The notes: generated by a model from the sequence alone, not told the origin. A stretch of 64,000 nucleotides of DNA from Eledone cirrhosa (GCA_964016885.1 OZ024743.1:298592001-298656000); one strand, 5' to 3'; counted from the first letter of the stretch, positions 1-14,922 are shown. Program-made: numbers and translations.

Positions 1-3000
1 AGAAACATTGTGTTGTGTACAGAGAGTGTACTGAGAAACATTGTATTGTGTGCAGAGAGTGTACTGAGAAACATTGTGTTGTGTACAGAGAGTGTACTGA
101 GAAACATTGTGTTGTGTAAAGAGAGTGTACTGAGAAACATTGTGTTGTGTACAGAGAGTGTACTGAGAAATATTGTGTTGTGTAGAGTGAGTGTACTGAG
201 AAACATTGTGTTGTGTTCAGAGAGTGTACTGAGAAACACTGTGTTGTGTACAGTGAGTGTACTGAGAAACATTGTGTTGTGTACAGAGAGTGTACTGAGA
301 AACATTGTGTTGTGTTCAGAGAGTGTACTGAGAAACATTGTGTTGTGTACAGAGAGTGTACTGAGAAACACTGTGTTGTGTACAGAGAGTGTACTGAGAA
401 ATACTGTGTTGTGTTCAGAGAGTGTACTGAGAAACATTGTGTTGTGTACAGAGAGTGTACTGAGAAACATTGTGTTGTGTACAGAGAGTGTACTGAGAAA
501 CACTGTGTTGTGTTCAGAGAGTGTACTGAGAAACATTGTGTTGTGTACAGAGAGTGTACTGAGAAACATTGTGTTGTGTACAGAGAGTGTACTGAGAAAC
601 ATTGTGTTGTGTTCAGAGAGTGTACTGAGAAACATTGTGTTGTGTACAGTGAGTGTACTGAGAAACATTGTGTGTGTACAGAGAGTGTACTGAGAAACAC
701 AGTGTTGTGTACAGAGAGTGTACTGAGAAACATTGTGTTGTGTACAGAGAGTGTACTGAGAAACATTGTGTTGTGTAGAGTGATTGTACTGAGAAACACT
801 GTGTTGTGTACAGAGAGTGTACTGAGAAACATTGTGTTGTGTAGAGTGAGTGTACTGAGAAACATTGTGTTGTGTTCAGAGAGTGTACTGAGAAACATTG
901 TGTTGTGTACAGTGAGTGTACTGAGAAACATTGTGTTGTGTTCAGAGAGTGTACTGAGAAACATTGTGTTGTGTACAGTGAGTGTACTGAGAAACACTGT
1001 GTTGTGTTCAGAGAGTGTACTGAGAAACATTGTGTCGTGTACAGTGAGTGTACTGAGAAACATTGTGTGTGTACAGAGAGTGTACTGAGAAACACAGTGT
1101 TGTGTACAGAGAGTGTACTGAGAAACATTGTGTTGTGTACAGAGAGTGTACTGAGAAACATTGTGTTGTGTAGAGTGAGTGTACTGAGAAACATTGTGTT
1201 GTGTACAGAGAGTGTACTGAGAAACATTGTGTTGTGTACAGTGAGTGTACTGAGAAACATTGTGTTGTGTACAGAGAGTGTACTGAGAAACATTGTGTTG
1301 TGTTCAGAGAGTGTACTGAGAAACATTGTGTTGTGTACAGTGAGTGTACTGAGAAACACTGTGTTGTGTTCAGAGAGTGTACTGAGAAACATTGTGTTGT
1401 GTACAGTGAGTGTACTGAGAAACATGGTGTGTGTACAGAGAGTGTACTGAGAAACACAGTGTTGTGTACAGAGAGTGTACTGAGAAACATCGTGTTGTGT
1501 ACAGAGAGTGTACTGAGAAACATTGTGTTGTGTAGAGTGAGTGTACTGAGAAACATTGTGTTGTATACAGAGAGTGTACTGAGAAACATTATGTTGTGTA
1601 CAGTGAGTGTACTGAGAAACATTGTGTTGTGTACAGAGAGTGTACTGAGAAACATTGTGTTGTGTACAGAGAGTGTACTGAGAAACATTGTGTTGTGTAC
1701 AGAGAATGTACTGAGAAACACTGTGTTGTGTACAGAGAGTGTACTGAGAAACATTGTGTTGTGTACAGAGAGTGTACTGAGAAACACTGTGTTGTGTACA
1801 GAGAGTGTACTGAGAAACATTGTGTTGTGTACAGTGAGTGTACTGAGAAACATTGTGTTGTGTACAGAGAGAGTACTGAGAAACATTGTGTTGAGTACAG
1901 TGAGTGTACTGAGAAACATTGTGTGTGTACTGTCAGTGTACTGAGAAACATTGTGTTGTGTACAGAGAGTGTACTGACAAACATTGTGTTGTGTACAGTG
2001 AGTGTACTGAGAAACATTGTTTTGTGTACAGAGAGTGTACTGAGAAACATTGTGTTGTGTACAGAGAGTGTACTGAGAAACATTGTGTTGTGTAGAGTGA
2101 GTGTACTGAGAAACATTGTGTTGTGTACAGAGAGTGTACTGAGAAACATTGTGTTGTGTTCAGAGAGTGTACTGAGAAACATTGTGTGTGTACAGAGAGT
2201 GTACTGAGAAACATTGTGTTGTGTACAGAGAGTGTACTGAGAAAGACTGTGCTGTGTACAGAGAGTGTACTGAGAAACACTGTGTTGTGTACAGAGAGTG
2301 TACTGAGAAACATTGTGTTGTGTACAGAGAGTGTACTGAGAAACACGGTGTTGTGTACAGAGAGTATACTGAGAAACATTGTGTTGTGTACAGTGAGTGT
2401 ACTGAGAAACATTGTGTGTGTACAGAGAGTGTACTGAGAAACACTGTGTTGTGTACAGAGAGTGTACTGAGAAACATTGTGTTGTGTACAGAGAGTGTAC
2501 TGAGAAACATTGTGTTGTGTACAGAGAGTGTACTGAGAAACATTGTGTTGTGTACAGAGAGTGTACTGAGAAACACTGTTTTGTGTACAGAGAGTGTACT
2601 GAGAAACACTGTGTTGTGTACAGAGAGTGTACTGAGAAACACTGTGTTGTGTACAGAGAGTGTACTGAGAAACATTGTGTTGTGTACAGAGAGTGTACTG
2701 AGAAACACTGTGTTGTGTACAGAGAGTGTACTGAGAAACACTGTGTTGTGTACAGAGAGTGTACTGAGAAACACTGTGTTGTGTACAGTGAGTGTACTGA
2801 GAAACACTGTGTTGTGTACAGAGAGTGTACTGAGAAACATTGTGTTGTGTACAGAGAGTGTACTGAGAAACACTGTGTTGTGTACAGAGAGTGTACTGAG
2901 AAACATTGTGTTGTGTACAGAGAGTGTACTGAGAAACATTGTGTTGTGTACAGAGAGTGTACTGAGAAACATTGTGTTGTGTACAGAGAGTGTACTGAGA

Positions 3001-6000
3001 AACATTGTATTGTGTACAGAGAGTGTACTGAGAAACATTGTGTTGTGTAGAGTGAGTGTACTGAGAAACATTGTATTGTGTACAGAGAGTGTACTGAGAA
3101 ACATTGTGTTGTGGCCATAGAGTGTACTGAGAAACACTGTGTTGTGTACAGAGAGTGTACTGAGAAACATTGTGTTGTGTACAAAGAGTGTACTGAGAAA
3201 CACTGTGTTGTGTACAGAGAGTGTACTGAGAAACACTGTGTTGTGTACAGTGAGTGTACTGAGAAACACTGTGTTGTGTACAGAGAGTGTACTGAGAAAC
3301 ATTGTGTTGTGTACAGAGAGTGTACTGAGAAACACTGTGTTGTGTACAGAGAGTGTACTGAGAAACATTGTGTTGTGTACAGAGAGTGTACTGAGAAACA
3401 TTGTGTTGTGTATAGAGAGTGTACTGAGAAACATTGTATTGTGTACAGAGAGTGTACTGAGAAACACTGTGTTGTGTACAGAGAGTGTACTGAGAAACAT
3501 TGTGTTGTGTACAGAGAGTGTACTGAGAAATACTGTGTTGTGTACAGTGAGTGTACTGAGAAACACTGTGTTGTGTACAGAGAGTGTACTGAGAAACATT
3601 GTGTTGTGTACAGAGAGTGTACTGAGAAACACTGTGTTGTGTACAGAGAGTGTACTGAGAAACATTGTGTTGTGTACAGAGAGTGTACTGAGAAACATTG
3701 TATTGTGTGCAGAGAGTGTACTGAGAAACATTGTGTTGTGTACAGAGAGTGTACTGAGAAACATTGTGTTGTGTACAGAGAGTGTACTGAGAAACATTGT
3801 GTTGTGTACAGAGAGTGTACTGAGAAACATTGTGTTGTGTAGAGTGAGTGTACTGAGAAACATTGTGTTGTGTTCAGAGAGTGTACTGAGAAACACTGTG
3901 TTGTGTACAGTGAGTGTACTGAGAAACATTGTGTTGTGTACAGAGAGTGTACTGAGAAACATTGTGTTGTGTTCAGAGAGTGTACTGAGAAACATTGTGT
4001 TGTGTACAGAGAGTGTACTGAGAAACACTGTGTTGTGTACAGAGAGTGTACTGAGAAATACTGTGTTGTGTTCAGAGAGTGTACTGAGAAACATTGTGTT
4101 GTGTACAGAGAGTGTACTGAGAAACATTGTGTTGTGTACAGAGAGTGTACTGAGAAACACTGTGTTGTGTTCAGAGAGTGTACTGAGAAACATTGTGTTG
4201 TGTACAGAGAGTGTACTGAGAAACATTGTGTTGTGTACAGAGAGTGTACTGAGAAACATTGTGTTGTGTTCAGAGAGTGTACTGAGAAACATTGTGTTGT
4301 GTACAGAGAGTGTACTGAGAAACATTGTGTTGTGTTCAGAGAGTGTACTGAGAAACATTGTGTTGTGTACAGTGAGTGTACTGAGAAACATTGTGTTGTG
4401 TTCAGAGAGTGTACTGAGAAACATTGTGTTGTGTACAGTGAGTGTACTGAGAAACATTGTGTGTGTACAGAGAGTGTACTGAGAAACACAGTGTTGTGTA
4501 CAGAGAGTGTACTGAGAAACATTGTGTTGTGTACAGAGAGTGTACTGAGAAACATTGTGTTGTGTAGAGTGATTGTACTGAGAAACATTGTGTTGTGTAC
4601 AGAGAGTGTACTGAGAAACATTGTGTTGTGTAGAGTGAGTGTACTGAGAAACATTGTGTTGTGTTCAGAGAGTGTACTGAGAAACATTGTGTTGTGTACA
4701 GTGAGTGTACTGAGAAACATTGTGTTGTGTTCAGAGAGTGTACTGAGAAACATTGTGTCGTGTACAGTGAGTGTACTGAGAAACATTGTGTGTGTACAGA
4801 GAGTGTACTGAGAAACACAGTGTTGTGTACAGAGAGTGTACTGAGAAACATTGTGTTGTGTACAGAGAGTGTACTGAGATACATTGTGTTGTGTAGAGTG
4901 AGTGTACTGAGAAACATTGTGTTGTGTTCAGAGAGTGTACTGAGAAACATTGTGTTGTGTACAGTGAGTGTACTGAGAAACATTGTGTTGTGTACAGAGA
5001 GTGTACTGAGAAACATTGTGTTGTGTTCAGAGAGTGTACTGAGAAACATTGTGTTGTGTACAGTGAGTGTACTGAGAAACACTGTGTTGTGTTCAGAGAG
5101 TGTACTGAGAAACATTGTGTTGTGTACAGTGAGTGTACTGAGAAACATGGTGTGTGTACAGAGAGTGTACTGAGAAACACAGTGTTGTGTACAGAGAGTG
5201 TACTGAGAAACATCGTGTTGTGTACAGAGAGTGTACTGAGAAACATTGTGTTGTGTAGAGTGAGTGTACTGAGAAACATTGTGTTGTGTACAGAGAGTGT
5301 ACTGAGAAACATTATGTTGTGTACAGTGAGTGTACTGAGAAACATTGTGTTGTGTACAGAGAGTGTACTGAGAAACACTGTGTTGTGTACAGTGAGTGTA
5401 CTGAGAAACATTGTGTTGAGTACAGTGAGTGTACTGAGAAACATTGTGTGTGTACTGTCAGTGTACTGAGAAACATTGTGTTGTGTACAGAGAGTGTACT
5501 GAGAAACATTGTGTTGTGTACAGAGAGTGTACTGAGAAACATTGTGTTGTGTACAGAGAGTGTACTGAGAAACATTGTGTTGTGTACAGAGAATGTACTG
5601 AGAAACACTGTGTTGTGTACAGAGAGTGTACTGAGAAACATTGTGTTGTGTACAGAGAGTGTACTGAGAAACACTGTGTTGTGTACAGAGAGTGTACTGA
5701 GAAACATTGTGTTGTGTACAGTGAGTGTACTGAGAAACATTGTGTTGTGTACAGAGAGTGTACTGAGAAACATTGTGTTGAGTACAGTGAGTGTACTGAG
5801 AAACATTGTGTGTGTACTGTCAGTGTACTGAGAAACATTGTGTTGTGTACAGAGAGTGTACTGACAAACATTGTGTTGTGTACAGTGAGTGTACTGAGAA
5901 ACATTGTTTTGTGTACAGAGAGTGTACTGAGAAACATTGTGTTGTGTACAGAGAGTGTACTGAGAAACATTGTGTTGTGTAGAGTGAGTGTACTGAGAAA

Positions 6001-9000
6001 CATTGTGTTGTGTACAGAGAGTGTACTGAGAAACATTGTGTTGTGTTCAGAGAGTGTACTGAGAAACATTGTGTGTGTACAGAGAGTGTACTGAGAAACA
6101 TTGTGTTGTGTACAGAGAGTGTACTGAGAAATACTGTGTTGTGTACAGTGAGTGTACTGAGAAACACTGTGTTGTGTACAGTGAGTGTACTGAGAAACAC
6201 TGTGTTGTGTTCAGAGAGTGTACTGAGAAACATTGTGTGTGTACAGAGAGTGTACTGAGAAACATTGTGTTGTGTACAGAGAGTGTACTGAGAAACACTG
6301 TTTTGTGTACAGAGAGTGTACTGAGAAACATTGTGTTGTGTACAGAGAGTGTACTGAGAAACATTGTGTTGTGTAGAGTGAGTGTACTGAGAAACATTGT
6401 GTGTGTACAGAGTGTACCGAGAAACACTGTGTTGTGTACAGAGAGTGTACTGAGAAAGACTGTGCTGTGTACAGAGAGTGTACTGAGAAACACTGTGTTG
6501 TGTACAGAGAGTGTACTGAGAAACATTGTGTTGTGTACAGAGAGTGTACTGAGAAACACGGTGTTGTGTACAGAGAGTATACTGAGAAACATTGTGTTGT
6601 GTACAGTGAGTGTACTGAGAAATATTGTGTGTGTACAGAGAGTGTACTGAGAAACACTGTGTTGTGTACAGAGAGTGTACTGAGAAACATTGTGTTGTGT
6701 ACAGAGAGTGTACTGAGAAACATTGTGTTGTGTACAGAGAGTGTACTGAGAAACATTGTGTTGTGTACAGAGAGTGTACTGAGAAACACTGTTTTGTGTA
6801 CAGAGAGTGTACTGAGAAACACTGTGTTGTGTACAGAGAGTGTACTGAGAAACACTGTGTTGTGTACAGAGAGTGTACTGAGAAACATTGTGTTGTGTAC
6901 AGAGAGTTTACTGAGAAACACTGTGTTGTGTACAGAGAGTGTACTGAGAAACATTGTGTTGTGTACAGAGAGTGTACTGAGAAACATTGTGTTGTGTACA
7001 GAGAGTGTACTGAGAAACATTGTGTTGTGTACAGAGAGTGTACTGAGAAACATTGTATTGTGTACAGAGAGTGTACTGAGAAACATTGTGTTGTGTACAG
7101 AGAGTGTACTGAGAAACATTGTGTTGTGTACAGAGAGTGTACTGAGAAACATTGTGTTGTGTACAGAGAGTGTACTGAGAAACATTGTATTGTGTACAGA
7201 GAGTGTACTGAGAAACATTGTGTTGTGTAGAGTGAGTGTACTGAGAAACATTGTATTGTGTACAGAGAATGTACTGAGAAACATTGTATTGTGTACAGAG
7301 AGAGTACTGAGAAACATTGTGTTGTGTACAGAGAGTGTACTGAGAAACACTGTGTTGTGTACAGAGAGTGTACTGAGAAACACTGTGTTGTGTACAGTGA
7401 GTGTACTGAGAAACACTGTGTTGTGTACAGAGAGTGTACTGAGAAACATTGTGTTGTGTACAGAGAGTGTACTGAGAAACACTGTGTTGTGTACAGAGAG
7501 TGTACTGAGAAACATTGTGTTGTGTACAGAGAGTGTACTGAGAAACATTGTGTTGTGTATAGAGAGTGTACTGAGAAACATTGTATTGTGTACAGAGAGT
7601 GTACTGAGAAACACTGTGTTGTGTACAGAGAGTGTACTGAGAAACATTGTGTTGTGTACAGAGAGTGTACTGAGAAACACTGTGTTGTGTACAGTGAGTG
7701 TACTGAGAAACACTGTGTTGTGTACAGAGAGTGTACTGAGAAACATTGTGTTGTGTACAGAGAGTGTACTGAGAAACACTGTGTTGTGTACAGAGAGTGT
7801 ACTGAGAAACATTGTGTTGTGTACAGAGAGTGTACTGAGAAACATTGTGTTGTGTACAGAGAGTGTACTGAGAAACATTGTATTGTGTACAGAGAGTGTA
7901 CTGAGAAACATTGTGTTGTGTACAGAGAGTGTACTGAGAAACACTGTGTTGTGTACAGAGAGTGTACTGAGAAACACTGTGTTGTGTACAGAGAGTGTAC
8001 TGAGAAACATTGTGTTGTGTACAGAGAGTGTACTGAGAAACACTGTGTTGTGTACAGAGAGTGTACTGAGAAACACTGTGTTGTGTACAGAGAGTGTACT
8101 GAGAAACATTGTGTTGTGTACAGAGAGTGTACTGAGAAACATTGTGTTGTGTACAGAGAGTGTACTGAGAAACATTGTGTTGTGTAGAGTGAGTGTACTG
8201 AGAAACATTGTGTTGTGTTCAGAGAGTGTACTGAGAAACACTGTGTTGTGTACAGTGAGTGTACTGAGAAACATTGTGTTGTGTACAGAGAGTGTACTGA
8301 GAAACATTGTGTTGTGTTCAGAGAGTGTACTGAGAAACATTGTGTTGTGTACAGAGAGTGTACTGAGAAACATTGTGTTGTGTACAGAGAGTGTACTGAG
8401 AAACATTGTGTTGTGTTCAGAGAGTGTACTGAGAAACATTGTGTTGTGTACAGAGAGTGTACTGAGAAACATTGTGTTGTGTTCAGAGAGTGTACTGAGA
8501 AACATTGTGTTGTGTACAGTGAGTGTACTGAGAAACATTGTGTTGTGTTCAGAGAGTGTACTGAGAAACATTGTGTTGTGTACAGTGAGTGTACTGAGAA
8601 ACATTGTGTGTGTACAGAGAGTGTACTGAGAAACACAGTGTTGTGTACAGAGAGTGTACTGAGAAACATTGTGTTGTGTACAGAGAGTGTACTGAGAAAC
8701 ATTGTGTTGTGTAGAGTGATTGTACTGAGAAACATTGTGTTGTGTACAGAGAGTGTACTGAGAAACATTGTGTTGTGTAGAGTGAGTGTACTGAGAAACA
8801 TTGTGTTGTGTTCAGAGAGTGTACTGAGAAACATTGTGTTGTGTACAGTGAGTGTACTGAGAAACATTGTGTTGTGTTCAGAGAGTGTACTGAGAAACAT
8901 TGTGTTGTGTACAGTGAGTGTACTGAGAAACACTGTGTTGTGTTCAGAGAGTGTACTGAGAAACATTGTGTTGTGTACAGTGAGTGTACTGAGAAACATT

Positions 9001-12000
9001 GTGTGTGTACAGAGAGTGTACTGAGAAACACAGTGTTGTGTACAGAGAGTGTACTGAGAAACATTGTGTTGTGTACAGTGAGTGTACTGAGAAACATTGT
9101 GTTGTGTACAGAGAGTGTACTGAGAAACATTGTGTTGTGTTCAGAGAGTGTACTGAGAAACATTGTGTTGTGTACAGTGAGTGTACTGAGAAACACTGTG
9201 TTGTGTTCAGAGAGTGTACTGAGAAACATTGTGTTGTGTACAGTGAGTGTACTGAGAAACATGGTGTGTGTACAGAGAGTGTACTGAGAAAAACACAGTG
9301 TTGTGTACAGAGAGTGTACTGAGAAACATCGTGTTGTGTACAGAGAGTGTACTGAGAAACATTGTGTTGTGTAGAGTGAGTGTACTGAGAAACATTGTGT
9401 TGTGTACAGAGAGTGTACTGAGAAACATTATGTTGTGTACAGTGAGTGTACTGAGAAACATTGTGTTGTGTAGAGAGAGTGTACTGAGAAACATTGTGTT
9501 GTGTACAGAGAGTGTACTGAGAAACATTGTGTTGTGTACAGAGAATGTACTGAGAAACACTGTGTTGTGTACAGAGAGTGTACTGAGAAACATTGTGTTG
9601 TGTACAGAGAGTGTACTGAGAAACACTGTGTTGTGTACAGAGAGTGTACTGAGAAACATTGTGTTGTGTACAGAGAGTGTACTGAGAAACATTGTGTGTG
9701 TACAGAGAGTGTACTGAGAAACACTGTGTTGTGTTCAGAGAGTGTACTGAGAAACACTGTGTTGTGTACAGAGAGTGTACTGAGAAACATTGTGTTGTGT
9801 AGAGTGAGTGTACTGAGAAACATTGTGTTGTGTTCAGAGAGTGTACTGAGAAACACTGTGTTGTGTAGAAGTGAGTGTACTGAGAAACATTGGGTTGTGT
9901 ACAGAGAGTGTACTGAGAAACATTGTGTTGTGTTCAGAGAGTGTACTGAGAAACATTGTGTTGTGTACAAAGAGTGTACTGAGAAACATTGTGTTGTGTA
10001 CAGAGAGTTTACTGAGAAACATTGTGTTGTGTTCAGAGAGTGTACTGAGAAACATTGTGTTGTGTACAGAGAGTGTACTGAGAAACATTGTGTTGTGTTC
10101 AGAGAGTGTACTGAGAAACATTGTGTTGTGTACAGTGAGTGTACTGAGAAACATTGTGTTGTGTTCAGAGAGTGTACTGAGAAACATTGTGTTGTGTACA
10201 GTGAGTGTACTGAGAAACATTGTGTGTGTACAGAGAGTGTACTGAGAAACACAGTGTTGTGTACAGAGAGTGTACTGAGAAACATTGTGTTGTGTACAGA
10301 GAGTGTACTGAGAAACATTGTGTTGTGTAGAGTGATTGTACTGAGAAACATTGTGTTGTGTACAGAGAGTGTACTGAGAAACATTGTGTTGTGTAGAGTG
10401 AGTGTACTGAGAAACATTGTGTTGTGTTCAGAGAGTGTACTGAGAAACATTGTGTTGTGTACAGTGAGTGTACTGAGAAACATTGTGTTGTGTTCAGAGA
10501 GTGTACTGAGAAACATTGTGTTGTGTACAGTGAGTGTACTGAGAAACACTGTGTTGTGTTCAGAGAGTGTACTGAGAAACATTGTGTTGTGTACAGTGAG
10601 TGTACTGAGAAACATTGTGTGTGTACAGAGAGTGTACTGAGAAACACAGTGTTGTGTACAGAGAGTGTACTGAGAAACATTGTGTTGTGTACAGTGAGTG
10701 TACTGAGAAACATTGTGTTGTGTACAGAGAGTGTACTGAGAAACATTGTGTTGTGTTCAGAGAGTGTACTGAGAAACATTGTGTTGTGTACAGTGAGTGT
10801 ACTGAGAAACACTGTGTTGTGTTCAGAGAGTGTACTGAGAAACATTGTGTTGTGTACAGTGAGTGTACTGAGAAACATGGTGTGTGTACAGAGAGTGTAC
10901 TGAGAAAAACACAGTGTTGTGTACAGAGAGTGTACTGAGAAACATCGTGTTGTGTACAGAGAGTGTACTGAGAAACATTGTGTTGTGTAGAGTGAGTGTA
11001 CTGAGAAACATTGTGTTGTGTACAGAGAGTGTACTGAGAAACATTATGTTGTGTACAGTGAGTGTACTGAGAAACATTGTGTTGTGTACAGAGAGTGTAC
11101 TGAGAAACATTGTGTTGTGTACAGAGAGTGTACTGAGAAACATTGTGTTGTGTACAGAGAATGTACTGAGAAACACTGTGTTGTGTACAGAGAGTGTACT
11201 GAGAAACATTGTGTTGTGTACAGAGAGTGTACTGAGAAACACTGTGTTGTGTACAGAGAGTGTACTGAGAAACATTGTGTTGTGTACAGAGAGTGTACTG
11301 AGAAACATTGTGTGTGTACAGAGAGTGTACTGAGAAACACTGTGTTGTGTTCAGAGAGTGTACTGAGAAACACTGTGTTGTGTACAGAGAGTGTACTGAG
11401 AAACATTGTGTTGTGTACAGAGAGTGTACTGAGAAACATTGTGTTGTGTACAGAGAGTGTACTGAGAAACACTGTGTTGTGTACAGAGAGTGTACTGAGA
11501 AACATTGTGTTGTGTACAGAGAGTGTACTGAGAAACATTGTGTGTGTACAGAGAGTGTACTGAGAAACACTGTGTTGTGTACAGAGAGTGTACTGAGAAA
11601 CACTGTGTTGTGTACAGAGAGTGTACTGAGAAACACTGTGTTGTGTACAGAGAGTGTACTGAGAAACATTGTGTTGTGTACAGAGAGTGTACTGAGAAAC
11701 ATTGTGTGTGTACAGAGAGTGTACTGAGAAACACTGTGTTGTGTACAGAGAGTGTACTGAGAAACATTGTGTTGTGTACAGAGAGTGTACTGAGAAACAT
11801 TGTGTGTGTACAGAGAGTGTACTGAGAAACACTGTGTTGTGTACAGAGAGTGTACTGAGAAACATTGTGTTGTGTACAGAGAGTGTACTGAGAAACATTG
11901 TGTTGTGTACAGAGAGTGTACTGAGAAGCATTGTATTGTGTACAGAGAGTGTACTGAGAAACATTGTGTTGTGTACAGAGAGTGTACTGAGAAACATTGT

Positions 12001-12650
12001 ATTGTGTACAGAGAGTGTACTGAGAAACATTGTGTTGTGTACAGAGAGTGTACTGAGAAACATTGTATTGTGTACAGAGAGTGTACTGAGAAACATTGTG
12101 TTGTGTACAGAGAGTGTACTGAGAAACACTGCGTTGTGTACAGAGAGTGTACTGAGAAACATTGTGTTGTGTACAGTGAGTGTACTGAGAAACATTGTGT
12201 TGTGTACAGAGTGTGTACTGAGAAACATTGTGTTGTGTACAGAGAGTGTACTGAGAAACATTGTGTTGTGTTCAGAGATTGTACTGAGAAACATTGTGTT
12301 GTGTACAGAGAGTGTACTGAGAAACATTGTGTTGTGTACAGAGAGTGTACTGAGAAACATTGTGTTGTGTACAGAGAGTGTACTGAGAAACATTGTGTTG
12401 TGTACAGTGAGTGTACTGAGAAACATTGTGTTGTGTACAGAGAGTGTACTGAGAAACATTGTGTTGTGTACAGAGAGTGTACTGAGAAACATTGTGTTGT
12501 GTACAGAGAGTGTACTGAGAAACACTGTGTTGTGTACATGGAGTGTACTGAGAAACATTGTGTTGTGTACAGAGAGTGTACTGAGAAACATTGTGTTGTG
12601 TACAGAGAGTGTACTGAGAAACACTGTGTTGTGTACAGTGAGTGTACTGT
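1..12650. repeat. 33-bp tandem satellite, consensus GAGAAACATTGTGTTGTGTACAGAGAGTGTACT (~380 copies, open at window start)
   Basis: Continuous 33-bp periodicity with point variants (CATT/CACT, GTAC/GTTC, AGAG/AGTG) and occasional 32-bp units; ends at ...GTGTACTGT TTGAG near 12650. Confidence 0.99.
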
Positions 12651-12749
12651 TTGAGTTGTACTATTGAATCGAAAGTGTCTTGCTTAAGATGTGGGCTCTA
12701 CCTATATGTTTTTGTGATCGCGTGTTATGTAGTTAACTCTATAACAGTG

Positions 12750-12870
12750 TGGGCGGGTGTCTTAGTGGCTAGACAATTGGATTCGCAATCGTGAGGTTGC
12801 AAGTTCGATTCTTGGACCGGGAGATGCGATATGTCCTTGAGCAAGACACTTTACTTTACGTTGCTCTTTC
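12750..12870 (+). mobile_element. tRNA-derived SINE (CORE-like), truncated
   Basis: A-box-like TGTCTTAGTGG, B-box GTTCGATTC, then GTCCTTGAGCAAGACACTT central motif; related to copies at 31087 and 32017. Confidence 0.75.
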
Positions 12871-13407
12871 TACCTGGAATTGCGATCGGTAGATAGAGTC
12901 AGTAATGGCAAGACCAAGGGAAACATTGTTTCTTTGGTCCAATTTGACAAGAGCCACCCAACTCGGTAGGCGAATGAGGTCTGGGAACTTGTCGATCGAT
13001 TCAAGAGAAAACTTGTTCATATTCAATTAGTCATATCTAGAGTCTCAATTATCATTGGTATTTTCTCTACCTTCAAGCCCCACGTTCTCTTTATTTCTAT
13101 ACTTGATTACTTACACCATTTCATTCCCCACTTTTGCTATCACAGCTGAAATTCAGTCAGGTTTGAGTAAACCTTTAATGCCCTGGGGACGAGAAAAGAA
13201 GAAACAGTACTATATTTGGTTGATTCAGTCAAGTGTGTTGGTTTCGCGTAAAATCTCAAGGGCCTTATTTATGTTGATTTAACAGTGAAACTGCAATGAT
13301 ATAAATTCTGCCACTAAGGAAATGGTGGTGATGGTTGTGGTACTCGTAGTAGTATGATTACTAGAATAAATCCTAGAATAATTTAAATGAGTTGATGTAT
13401 TTGATCT

Positions 13408-14891
13408 GGCGTCGTCGGACGCTGGACGGAGGGCCCGGTGAAGTTGCTCGGGGTCTGGTTCGGACGGACCTCCAGGTGGAGAAAAACTGGGCGGAGGTTA
13501 CGAACAGGGTGTTTGCACTGACCCAGAAGTGGGCCAGTTGCAAACTATCCCTGAAAGGTCGGGCGGAGGTGGCGAACACCTACATAGCGTCCGTCATCTA
13601 CTACCGCCTGACCGTAGTGCCCTGCCCAAGGGAAACCCTCACCAAGATGGAGCGCGCGCTCTTCCAATTCCTTTGGAAGAGGCGGGCTCCTATGGTGAGG
13701 AGATCCATCTGCTGTCAACACCCTTCGAAAGGAGGGCTGGGGATGCCGTGGCTAATGATGCGTAAACACGCATTAAGGCTACGGCACCTCTACGTATTCT
13801 TCACCAGACAACCGGTGTGGGCCTCGTTTGTGAGACGAACCTTTCCCAGACTCGTCTCACTCACAGAGCTGCAATCCTGGGTCAAGCAAAGACCAAGAAA
13901 ACTGGGCGCCTGGCACACTGAGTGTGCCCAGGCGCTCACCGCCCTCTGGCAGGCGGATCCGGTTATCAGTGGAGACTCCACCGCAACATTCTATAGAGGG
14001 CTGGTACGCAGAAGGTGCGACGACGCCCTCGGAGAAGCCCTAGACATGGAGGAGGACGAACTGGCCAGCCTGTTCGGTAGGACATTCAGCCCGGGACCTA
14101 TGGACAACTTCCAGAAGTCCCTGGCCTGGCAGTGCTACCGAGGGGCTTTACCCGTTCGAGAAAGGCTCTACAGACACGGGCGCCCGGGTAGGGACCCCGC
14201 CAAAAAGATCTGTCCCAGATGCGTGTGCGACGAGGAAACCGTTGCACACGCATTGGTACACTGCTCGGGCGTAGCCGATCTGTGGGGCTATGTCGAACAA
14301 CTGCTGTCAAGGGTGGGACCGATCCGGTTGACCACCGAGTCTATTGTAATGATCAAGCCGCCTCCCCCCTTCAAAGATGAAGCAGAGGCGGTGTTTCTGT
14401 GCGTAATAGCCATGGCGAAAGAGGTTGTATGGTGGACGCGTCTGAAAGGACTGAGGTCAGGCACCTTTCTCTCTGGCCAACAACTGGTCCGTTTCTTCCG
14501 ATATCATTTCGGAAGAAGGATCAGGATGGAGAGAGAGGTGCTGCACCCCAGCCGTTTCTATGAAAGATGGGTGAAAGTGGCGAGAATGGCCCGTGTGAAT
14601 GGGCCTTCACTCTACATCAGACTATAGGTGAGGAAGATGAAAGACCAAGGGAGCACCCCTTCTCTGTGCTCCTGAGGAGAAGGGTTGCACACTTTTTTCG
14701 GGGGTGTGTGCGACCCCCCAAGGCGCCTCCTCTCTATTGAGGATTTTGTTATAAATTTTATTTTTTGTTATATCTTATTTTATTTTTATATTTTGTTATT
14801 GCCTCCTCCTTATTGAGGACGCCTTTTTGTGTAAACTCCCCCCTTTGTACTTGTCCCACTTTTGATGCCCTAGTGGCAAATAAAAGAAACA

Positions 14892-14922
<31 letters not shown>

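Noticed and set aside
1-12650. CRISPR array (33-bp repeat with dyad)
   Set aside because: No unique spacers, no cas genes, eukaryotic context.
1-12667. Long Cys/His-rich ORFs (up to 1065 aa) on both strands
   Set aside because: Artefact of a 33-bp (11-codon) unit that lacks stops in several frames; 32-bp units shift frame freely, so there is no coding constraint.
12750-12820. tRNA genes at SINE heads (also 31087, 32017)
   Set aside because: No complete acceptor stem; each continues into a shared SINE body.
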